64,000 bases of DNA from Macrostomum hystrix (taxonomy: Eukaryota > Animalia > Platyhelminthes). The translations under genes were made by a program, and so were the position numbers. The stretch is from contig CATNEN010000003.1 of the NCBI GenBank assembly GCA_950097015.1, forward strand, positions 4,712,001 through 4,776,000, given 5' to 3'. Of the stretch, positions 35,613-46,411 are shown piece after piece (the first letter of the stretch is position 1; every line of letters begins with the position of its first letter). Below the pieces are notes generated by a model. That model was not told the origin of the DNA and did not search any database. It saw nothing but the letters and a program-made list of their open reading frames with translations.

Positions 35613-37685
35613 CTACCAGGTAAGATTTTTCTTCATCAAAGAGGACACTGGATAGATTTCGTAGGCAAAAGTTTCATTTAATTGAGCATCGTAGAATGCG
35701 GCAACATAGTCTAATTCCAGGTCAAACGGGCCCGGCATACCGTCAGCAATGGTGATGCTAAAGTGCTGATAGCTGCTCAAATCGTCCAGGATCGGCCGGT
35801 CCTGTACCCGGCCTTTGTAGACTCGCATTAGTTTAGACACAGGAATCTTGCAAACTGTCCAATATGGTCCGCCTCTGGTGTACAACGGAAATGAGTACAT
35901 ATCGAATAGGGCAATGTCTAGCTTTCCAAGTGGACTACGATGCAAATTCATCTTGTACCTGCGATAAATGACGAGCGACTTGAGTGTTTAAGTTTGTTTG
36001 TACAACTGTTAGACTGAAAATAGGTCTGTAAGCTGCAGAAATTTTCAATATTATAGTGCAGAATCAAACAGACGGATCGGTGTCAATATCAGAGGAAAAA
36101 AATTCCTAATGATATTCCTCCGTGTTAGTTGTAGTAGCTGTGCTTTACTTTAATTGAAATATAAAAGACCAAGACAAAAGTCCGTGGACAGGGGAGAACG
36201 CCAGTCCCAACCTAGCAATGTTAACCTTTTTATAGGGGTTATTTGCAGAGTGGTTAACGCGTTTGCCTCTCGCACCAGTGTCCTGAGCTCGATTCCGCGG
36301 CGAGGCCACATTTCAGGGCAGATGTACACACCTGTGAGAGCGTATGCCTGCGTACAGTATCTGTGTGCGTGTGTGCTCAGGAGTCAGCGAAATTTACAGA
36401 ATTGCCTCCTCGCTGGCTGCTGGTCTAGTGTCACCAAATGATGCGTCATTGCCCGCAGCCCTCCTGCAATTGACTATTTTCATCACCACAAGGGAGTCTG
36501 TTAGACTGACAGTAGGTCTGTAAGCTGCGTTATATTACTTGTCTTTAGACAAAGCAGATCAAACAGACGGATCGGTGACAGTCTATAAGGAAATAGTTCC
36601 TAATATGATATTCCTCTTTTTAGTAGGAGCAGCTGTGCTTACTATAAATTCATCAGAATTGTCAGGCAAATGTGCTGCTCTGTTGCAAAGAGGTTAAATG
36701 ACACGGAAAAATTAAGTCGGGTAGGAGAGGGGACCTAGACAGATAGCCTGAAAGCAGAATCGAACCTGGGACCTTTGATAGATTTTAAACTCATCAGATA
36801 TAAAAATAAGAAAGAAAATGGTTCTGTAAGACTGCCAGTAGGTCTGTAGGCTGCTTAAAATTTCTGTATAGAAAGCGATTCAAACAGACGGATCGGTGCC
36901 AGTCTTAAGTGACAAAAATGCCACATTTTTAATGTTTCTCTTTTTAGTAGGAGCAGCTGTGCTTACTATAAATACACAAGAATTGTGAAGCAAATGTGCT
37001 GCTCTGTTGCAAGGAGATATACTGTCATATCGATAATTAATATCTTTGAAACTTACGTTCTTCCGTCACCGCGATACCGGATAACAATGCAATTCAATGG
37101 CTTCAGATTAATACCACGAGCGCGACCCATGATTATCTGGGCGTAAGGAGACCGCAGATTAACATAGCCAGCCCTGGCTAATAGACCAATCTGAGGCACT
37201 CTAGTGTCCAATATGCCGCGAAATATACCGGTGCACCGATTCGGCTCATTGTCATTATCACTGGCGATACTACCGTTAGTAGGCAGAAATTCACCAGTAG
37301 AATAGCCTTCGCCATAATGCGAATCGCAAGTCACAATCCATTTGTTGTGACCGCCGTCTCTAGAAAAATTGCCGATATAAAAATAATCGCCGTGTTTCAC
37401 ATCCATAGATTTGAATGGCACCCGGTCGTACAAGAGGAAATCGGTCAATTGGGCGGCAGACTCAGGTAGGTTTAGCCAGGCCTGGCGGACTAAGCTGAGA
37501 CGATCCTTAATAGTTAGGCTGTCACGAAATGGCGCGCGAAACCCGCCTCGTTCGTCCACTTCGCCAAACATAATGGGCGTGTGCTGATCTAATTTAGGCC
37601 TGCGATTCCAAAACTGCCGCCGACAATTGACAGCTAGTAATGGTTTAGCCTGTTGCCATAGTAATCTGGGAAGCCAGGGTGACAT
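35613..37685 (-). CDS. NDUFAF1: Complex I assembly factor CIA30/NDUFAF1, 2 exons (37685-37057, 35958-35613), ~324 aa
   Basis: KWIVTCDSHYGEGYS, RAGYVNLRS, RYRGDGRT|YKMNL, YSFPLYTRGGPYW..CKIP.SK, KGRVQD, GPFDLELDY. Donor gtaagt and acceptor gcag are in phase. Confidence 0.92.
36004..36155 (-). ncRNA. Box H/ACA snoRNA-like copy 1 (divergent, 5' hairpin degenerate)
   Basis: Minus strand: H box ATATCA (36110-36115), 3' hairpin gtctgt/acagac with CCGATCC and CTAT pocket strands, then an ACA box. Confidence 0.5.
36235..36472 (+). mobile_element. SINE family B with internal deletion
   Basis: Head joined directly to cagggcagatgtacac, about 110 bp missing. Confidence 0.8.
36496..36697 (-). ncRNA. Box H/ACA snoRNA-like copy 2
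   Basis: Hairpin-H box (ATATCA)-hairpin-ACA on the host-gene strand. Boxes lie 15 and 14 nt from the upper stems. Confidence 0.72.
36822..37020 (-). ncRNA. Box H/ACA snoRNA-like copy 3
   Basis: Same architecture with H box ACATTA, and ACA 14 nt after the upper stem (ctactggcagtctt-ACA). Confidence 0.72.
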
Positions 37686-38121
37686 TTCAATTTTGTGCTG
37701 CTGAAGAGATTTGAGATTTGATGGATTAGTTAAATAGTTTCCATCTGTATCTCATTATTCACTAGAAAACGAACAAAAACATTTCATTGCATGAAAAGAA
37801 ACTATTCATGACACATGCTGGCAACTATATGGAGGGCGATGAAGAGTGGGGTGTTTCTTAGAAAAAAATTTCATTTTTTAAGTCGTGCAAAATGTTAAAT
37901 ATTTGTTTATTTTAATTGATTTAATTGATAAATAATTTTTCACCAATATTAATATATAAGTTCTAAATAGAACTTTCTAACTGCTAAGGAAAATAACTTA
38001 CAGAGAAGTACATAGATTAAAAAATACTACTGTATATTTTCAAGTTATAAAATTTCATTAGGCCTACATAGACTGATAGCTTTAGGTAAACATACTCATA
38101 AAATAACAAAAGTTTTGCTCC

Positions 38122-38372
38122 TGTACCCTGCATTGTTTTGGTATAGGGGACACAATGGGAAAACATAGTAATGGTCCCCTAATCTGAAACTAGCATTGAA
38201 GCATATTGAAGTTTGCAGAACAACTGAATGAACCTAATTGCAATCTGCTAAAGTTTTTTTGACTGTTGCAAATTAGGGAAATACAAAATGGTCTTTACAT
38301 TTCAGTTTAGGGGACTAGCAATATATATATATTAAATTAATGGCCCCCTAAACCAAAACAATATAAGGGATG
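38122..38372. mobile_element. Foldback/MITE-like element
   Basis: Nested inverted repeats attgttttggtatagggg / cccctaaaccaaaacaat and gtcccctaatctgaaa / tttcagtttaggggac. Confidence 0.55.
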
Positions 38373-41300
38373 GAAGTTCTAGCTGAACTCGCCACTGAGG
38401 CTTTATGTTTTTGTGCTGTCATGGCTAGTTGAATTTTGCAATTATGACAAAACTCTGACAGATGGTTGGTCTCTAAAAAATAACTTGGAAAAATGGCTGT
38501 CCTTTAAACTGAAACTCAAGAAGTGGCCCCAAAATCCTAGAGAATGCCTATTGTTTCCCATAAGCCAATGATCAAAATTTACCATCACTAATAATAGTGG
38601 CAAAGGATGGGGCCTATAATGTTTATACCTTAGATGTTGCTTCCATTTGTCATCAGTGTGATGGTCTCTGATTCCTATATATATCAGCATCCAAAAAAGC
38701 CATTAGGTCAATCTTAAAATTAAAAAGAATAATATTCAATACATTATTTGAAAGTATTTACAATCCAAATGACTAGATATTGAAGTTTAATATTATTTAA
38801 ACTAGCTAGGCAGCCTAGGACTATTATTAGTATAATTCTCTCAATAGAATACCTCTCATACAGCCACTGATTCCCTGTGTTTCACTAGGCCTATATGTTC
38901 ATCCTGTGAAGGAAAGGTCATTCTATAGAAAGTAGGCCTAGTTTTACTTACACATGGAGCAAATAAGTGTTTACTTTTATAAATAAGTCAGCACCCCAAA
39001 AATCTTTATAGGCCTCAGTTAAAGATTTATGTGAATGGAATGTTGCAGTTCATTTGACATATTTTTACATTTTTACATATTTGAATTATTTAATTGGAGT
39101 TGTGTTACGCAGAGTTTGAATTTTAGCTAAATAGTCATGGCACATCATTTTGTATAGCTAAAACCAAGGAAAACTGTTAAAAGTATATACAAGCACTATT
39201 TAAAACATATTAGCCAATGTAAAGCAGCAAATCTTAAGCATGGCCAGAAAATTTGATACTCTGATAATTAGGAGTCATTTAAATTCATTCCTATGGTAGT
39301 GGCTCTACCCTAGCATTGTGTTAAGTGCAATTCGTTACAAAATTGCTGAATATCTAAACTGTAAACAATATTTATTGGTGTAACTGAGGTAATAATGCCC
39401 AGATGGCCTGCCATTATTGTTTTGTTTGTCCATGTTTGATGCTTTTTCATTTTTAATTAAAAATATATATTATGAGAAACAAACTGCAACATTGCCATAT
39501 GAACCTTAAACTTACTAAAAAGTCTAAAAGATGTTATACTGTTTATACTTCAGTTCATTTCATAAAGCCTTTGTTTAAACATTTTTATAATCTTTTATCA
39601 TTTTAAGTTTAAATGTCAAATAAGTGTACACTTAAATAGTCTCTAGTTTATTTCTTTACTGCTAAGTCATCTGCAGTTTCAGATAGCCATTTTATAATTG
39701 TTTAGGATTGTTTAAATCATTTTTGATTGCCCAAAACTATTAGTTTGAAAACATTGCTGAACCACAAATTCTTGTCTGGTTGTTCTTATTGCCTCATTTC
39801 TCTTGGATAGGCTAGCCTATCACAGGCCATTGCCAATTTATACTAATAAGTGATACTACCAATAGGCCCATGTAAGTTTTTATTAACAGGCAAACAAACC
39901 TATTTACCTTATTGTCTGCTCAGCAAGCAAACAGGTGGCAAACAAATGACGGGCACGCAAGTAAATTGTCATCAACAAGGGATTGGATGGTAGAATGTAG
40001 GAACAATAATGAACAATATAAATGAGCTAATTAATAAATCCATATATATGCCCAGTAGGCCCTAGACTTACTGTTGTAAGGGTTTCTCGACAGATAAATT
40101 TGTTGAAAATTTTGAACAATTTAAGTTTTAGGAAATTTAAGAGAGTAGGGCCTACAGATTTTATTAAATGGATGTGTAGTCCCTATAATCAAACACGAGT
40201 CACGAATAAGAATATGATCATTGTTCGGTCTAAATATTCCATGTTTTTATTGCTGTTAAAAAGCAGCACTAATAGCAATATTAGGCGCGGGATGGAGACT
40301 GTGCGACAATTTTTCTTTTTTTTTAGGTCAATTCGATTAGTATTTCGGTCTTAGAGCAGGTAAAATTTAAGTTAGCGTGAAGTTTCGACGAGAGTGACAA
40401 TTTTTTACATAGATTTTGGCAGATTGTGATATCAAATGATATAGAAATGACATTAGAATTAGCGTTAAGGCCAGAAAAAGTGAAGGTACACTATAAATAT
40501 GAATAATAAATTAAATTACGTGTTTGTTAATGAAAAAAGTTCATTATTGTTTGCCTTGCGACATAACAAAAGAGCAGCATTTTTATGCATGAAAGTATCG
40601 ATATTTACTTTAATAAGTAATTAAAAACATTAAAGTAATACTTCTCATTCTATTTTTGATGTTCGCTGTAATATAACGTATTTAAATTTTAATTTTCTGG
40701 AGTTTAAATTTAAACAAAATTTAAATCTTATGTTTTCTTAGACATCGTTTAAGAAAACGATGCCGGATACCGGACTTCTGAAATCTAATCCAAAAATACC
40801 TATTACAATATTTCAACTAACAAATGTCTACTTTATGGCTTGTACATACAAAATGTCTTTTTTTGCTTTGCATTACACATATTATGACTACTTGTGTGTA
40901 TAAAGATATAAGGAAAAACTTTAATTTTATTAATGAAAAATAAGCTATTTGTCTGACACTCAAAGTGTCAATATTTTTGGCCTAATGATTTTTAATAGTT
41001 AATTTTTATGTGTTAGTCGCTTTGTTTATTACTTTTCTAAACTGTAAGATAGTGATCACTAAATAAAGTTCATAGTAAGCATACAAGAGTATAAATTATC
41101 AAATTTAACTTTCCTTATTAAAAAGCTTTAACATGCGCAAAATTAACAATCAATGGGATGGGACGCTAAATGGGCCAAAACTTTATGTTTCCATAGCTAT
41201 CTTTTATAGCTGATTGACAGACAGGCTCCCAGTTTACTGCAATGCATGGTTTAAAGTTTTATTAGTGTCAATATTTTCTTGCACAGTACACATTCTATAC

Positions 41301-41397
41301 TCCCTAATCGGTTTAGGTCTAGGACAAAAAGAGTATATATAACTATATTAATTATCTATGTATTACTTTAATGCTTTTTATAAGTATAGAACATAAT

Positions 41398-41710
41398 TTA
41401 TAATAATAATAATAATAATTGATTACACCTAGCCCAATAGGGTCAGATGTGCAGCCGACAGCACAGCCGCAGCTATTGCGCGGCGCATCTGAAGGCTGCG
41501 TACAGCTGTTCAGTCCATGGACTGGGGGGACGCCACACCCACCTTCAATTATCCCAGCTGATTCTGGTACCCATTTAACAGCTGAATGAACTGAAGCAAT
41601 GCAGAGTTAAGTGTCTTGCTAAAGGACACAAATTGTTCCAGTGGAGTCGGGAGTCGAACCCCCCGACCTTCAAGTCGTGAGTCGGACACTCTAACCACTA
41701 GGCTGCAACC
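41398..41710 (-). mobile_element. SINE family A (CORE-type), full length
   Basis: Minus strand: tRNA head with GGTTCGACTCC, TGTGTCCTTTAGCAAGACACTTAACTCTGCATTGCTTCAGTTCATTCAGCTGTTAAATGGG, and a (TTA)n tail. Confidence 0.88.
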
Positions 41711-42369
41711 TATTTATGAAAATTTATGAAATTGCATTCATGAAAATTTAGAGCATTAGCTAAAATTGGAACTTTCCTAGAACATTTTTAGAGTGAATCA
41801 TGGAATTTCAGTTCTAGAATGTCTCTAAAGCAGTTTAACTTTGTATTCTTGTTTTTAGCTATAACAGCTGTAACACATATTTTCACTGTCATCTTGTTTA
41901 TTAGTAAAGAACTTATTTAATAAACTGTTGCTGTACTAAGGTCTCTAGTTACCATTCACTATTTCTTCACTTTGTAGACCATAAAACATATAGTGAAATG
42001 TCTGAAATTTTCTCTATTTTTCGGTCTCTAGTTTCAGCTGATTTACTTCAAGCTCTCCAACAACCATGTCAGCTAGTTTTAACCTACTTGCAAGATCTGC
42101 TTCTCTGTTTTGTAAAAGTCAATCTACTTTTACTTTTCTGAGGGGCACTTTTAGACTGCTCTGTAAAAATGCCTCTTGTTCAAAAGGTATGTTTTGATTT
42201 TAAATTGCTTTTAGTCAAAAGAAAAATATGTTGCATGGTTTGTAGCCCTTTTTCAATTTTAGTAGAGCAAAGCTTTGACAAAGTTGTTTACAATTTGCAC
42301 TAGTTATATATCCAATTCAGCTATAAGTTGTCTGTTTGTACCATAAATAAAGTTATCAACATATAGAAT

Positions 42370-42651
42370 CATACATGCGCAACCTCCCAAATCTTAGCCG
42401 GCCGTGCGACTTAGTTTATTGCTCTCATTTGCAACTTAGTTCATTTCATTGCTCTATTTACGACTTAGTTTGCTCTCATTTGCTCTCTTTTTCTCTCCCC
42501 TTTTTCCTTTTCTTCAACCCTTCCTTTTTTGTCCCTTGGTCCGCCTTTTGATTTTTTTGTGCTTGGTCTATTGGTTTTTGCGACTTACCTTGCTTGGCCC
42601 TCAATTCACCCGGCCGGTTCGGCCAGGTTGGCCGGGTGTTGCGCATGTATG
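42370..42651. mobile_element. MITE (non-autonomous DNA transposon)
   Basis: Perfect 14-bp TIR catacatgcgcaac / gttgcgcatgtatg flanked by the 7-bp direct repeat atagaat. Confidence 0.75.
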
Positions 42652-42980
42652 ATAGAATTAAAAAAATAACTGATCCCTAGAATTTGTTATTTAAGACTTT
42701 ATTGTTTTCTTAGTTTTTGTATTTTATTGGTTGCTAGTCTTGAGAAAAATAGCAATTTGCACAAGTATCCACTCTAAAAAATCTTTATGTGCACAAAGAT
42801 CCATAACCATGTTAATTATGCCTAAATTTCTAGTGTGTAGATCATTGTATAATAACACAAAAATGCCTCTAAAAGCTAAGTTATTGGCCAAGCCAAGACA
42901 TTCAGTTACAATGTACTATTACTTTGAGAGCAAAACATTCTAATTCCATACTTTAAACAAAAACAATCTCCTTAATACAG

Positions 42981-43252
42981 ATTTGAACAACTTTTCTGTT
43001 ACACCGACCCAGTGGCAAAAGCGAGTGCTAGTACTAGCCAAAGCCTATCCAAATGTTGATTCTGTACCAGCTGCTGTTGACTTTGAAACAGTTTACAAGC
43101 CTGCCTGGCTAAAGGCTAGACGACTATTCCGAATCTACCTGTTTGTCGGTGTAGTTGTAATCGGACACATCATCGTTATCCTGCAATTCCTCAGGCATCG
43201 CAGAAATTTTTGGCAAAGCCTTGAAGCGATACACGAAGATAAAGATGTGTAA
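42981..43252 (+). CDS. FAM162: FAM162/DUF1075-like mitochondrial membrane protein, last coding exon
   Basis: Acceptor atacag, then PTQWQKRVLV...YPNVDSVPAAVDFE...KAR followed by a TM segment, resembling FAM162A PTDWQKKILIW..IPETVS.E. Upstream exon not identified. Confidence 0.65.
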
Positions 43253-43399
43253 CTTCTGTTTGTATTTCTTTATTTAGTTTTGGACTTTCTACTCAAGTAG
43301 TGTAGGTAATAGAAAACTTTCCAATGGTCAAAAAAATGAAAATGACCATTGGAGGTTAATTGGTCATTCACTGTCGTTAAATCAGTTAATAGATTGGCA

Positions 43400-43856
43400 G
43401 TACCTTCCAATTCGTTCATTATACCCGGTCATTATCCTCCACTTCGTTCCTTCTACGTGGTCATTACCCTCCAATCCGTTCATACTACCTGGTCATTACC
43501 CTCCAATTCGTTCATACTACCTGGTCATTACCCTCCAATCCGTTCATACTACCTGGTCATTACCCTCCAATCCGTTCATACTACCTGGTCATTACCCTCC
43601 AATTCGTTCATACTACCTGGTCATTACCCTCCAATCCGTTCATACTACCTGGTCATTACCCTCCAATTCGTTCATACTACCTGGTCATTACCCTCCAATT
43701 CGTTCATACTACCTGGTCATTACCCTCCAATTCGTTCATTATACCCGGTCATTATCCTCCACTTCGTTCATTCTACCTGGTCATTACCCTCCAATCCGTT
43801 CATACTACCTGGTCATTACCCTCCAAATCGTTCATTTTACCTGGTCATTACCTTCA
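43400..43856. repeat. 32-bp minisatellite (ctacctggtcattaccctccaatycgttcata)
   Basis: Direct tandem repeat. ORF 43349-43975 is a by-product. Confidence 0.92.
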
Positions 43857-44610
43857 AATTGGCTTATTATACCTGTTCGTTACCCTCCCTGCCTTTGCCT
43901 TGCATTGTTATTAAATTATCGAAAAACTTTTACCGTACTTTGCCTGTTGGTTTATTAAAAAAAATATATCTTTAAAACTCAACAATGATGCTTTGTTTGT
44001 TCCGTAAATATTTTTCTTGCAAACGAGTTGTTTGGCGTTTTTTGTTTCATTTTTTCCACAGTTAGTCTGAAAAGTTCAGTCAACCATTTTTGTTAGTTTG
44101 GCGTTTTAACTTTCAGATTTACTTTCTTATCTTTGTCTGTTAGGAATCGCAAAGCTCACTTTAAATTGTGGTTGGTAGGTTTTAACTTAACTATCTGGCA
44201 ACAAACACTTTACCAGACAAGCTATCTGCACTCTATATCTTTAAGCATTATCATTAGTTAGAAAAAAAAAGATTTTTTTACTTTGTAGCCTGCTTACAAC
44301 TTCGTCAGTAGAAAGCGGCGCATTTTTTATAAACAAAAAACGGAAAATAAGATAGCTGGTTATTGATCTTGGATTTACTGAGAGCGTGGCGTGTCGTGTT
44401 TAATTCAATTTTCTAACTAATTTTGTCTTTCAAATTAAATTAGTCAAGAAGGACTTCAAGATTTTCAAGTTACGGAACTAATTATACTAATTATACAAAC
44501 GAATTCTTTTACAGATCATATTTTGGTGGGTAGAAAACGATTTCAAAATTACTTTAAAAAACAAAAGAAATCAATAAAACAAGGAAAACAAAAGTAAAAG
44601 TAGACAAATA

Positions 44611-46364
44611 ATGCTTCGCTGCACAGCGCAAAAGTCAGCGGCAAATTTGTTAAAACGAGCCGCGCCAATTTTAATGCAAAACGGTTGCGGCGGCAGTTTA
44701 GTGCGATGCGCTGCGGCTGCCTCGGCCAGCCCCTACAAGGCCGTTGTCTTCGACATGGGCGGCGTGCTCATTCCAGGCCCGGCTGTGATGTTTCGCGAGT
44801 TTGAGAAGAGAAATCGATTGGCCGAGGGAGAACTTTTGAAGGTCAGTTTCGCCTGTCTGAACTCGCCTGTCCATCAATCTGAACCTGTCTCAACTCACCT
44901 GTCCATCTATCTGAACCTGTCTCAACTCATCTGTCCATCTATCTGAACCTGTCTCATCTCACCTGTCCATCTATCTGTACATCTCTTAATCCACCTGTCC
45001 ATCTATCTGAACCTGTCTCAACTCGCCTGTCCATCAATCTGAACCTGTCTCAACTCGCCTGTCCATCAATCTGAACCTGTCTCAACTCACCTGTCCATCA
45101 ATCTGAACCTGTCTCAACTCACCTGTCCATCAATCTGAACCTGTCTCAACTCACCTGTCCATCTATCTGAACCTGTCTCATCTCACCTGTCCATCTATCT
45201 GAACCTGTCTTAACTCACTTGTCCATCTCTCTGAAGGTGTCTTAACCCACGTGTCCATATATCTGAACCTGTCTCAACTCGCCTGTCCATCAATCTGAAC
45301 CTGTCTCAACTCGCCTGTCCATCAATCTGAACCTGTCTCAACTCACCTGTCCATCAATCTGAACCTGTCTTAACCCACGTGTCCATATATCTGAACCTGT
45401 CTCAACTCACCTGTCCATCAATCTGAACCTGTCTCAACTCACCTGTCCATCTATCTGAACCTGTCTCATCTCACCTGTCCATCTATCTGAACCTGTCATA
45501 ACTCAGTTGTCCATCTCTCTGAAGGTGTCTTAACCCACGTGTCCATATATCTGAACCTGTCTCAACTCACTCTATCTATCTAAACCTGTCTCAACTCATC
45601 TGTCCATCAATCCGAACCTGTCTCAACTCACCTGTCCGCCAATCTCTCACCTGTCTCCAACCCACCTGGCAGACCATCTTAGGCGGCGGTGATTCCGGTG
45701 CCTGGCACCGACTCGAAACTGGCCAGCTGCCCCTAGAAGAATTCTCGTCGGCGTTTTCGCGCGAAATCGCTGACAGAGCCGGTCGTCCAATCGACGCCTC
45801 CGGCATGCTGGAAGCCATGGATCTGGCCGAGCCGTTGCCCGAGATGCTAGCGGTTGTTGAGGCTTGCCGACGCGGCGGCCTGCGAACCGCCCTGCTAACC
45901 AACAACTGGCGTAACCGAGAGGGGGTGTCGCTGATGCCGCTGGACGCGAGACTGTTCGATGTGGTGAGTCTAGGACTCAGATATAGGACCGATAGCTCAG
46001 TCAGTATAGTGTTGGACTCTGGATCAGATGGTCCTGGGTTCGACTCCCGACCTAGTCTAGAACTATTCGTGCAGCCTTTGGCAAGCTGCTTTGCCCTGAT
46101 GTGCACACAGTCTACTCAGCTGCAAATGAGTACGGCATTTCGTCGGGTAATAATAATTCCGGCTGGCGTGGAATAAAGCAGTTCTGTGCGGCAATTCAGT
46201 GACTTGGATGCTGCCGATATGTTTAGAAAAAATTAATTCCATTGCTGACAAGCGGCTGTCAACCGGTGTCCGAGAGAGCCGAGGAGTACAATAGGTGTGC
46301 AGTCCCCACCTGCTAGTGTGCCTGACACACAACACCTGCGCTGGCCCTTGGGTCTAGTGTCAAA

Positions 46365-46411
<47 letters not shown>

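Noticed and set aside
45986-46060. Possible tRNA genes at SINE heads (also 22.1, 41.6 and 51.6 kb)
   Set aside because: The cloverleaves are imperfect and continue into SINE bodies and tails.
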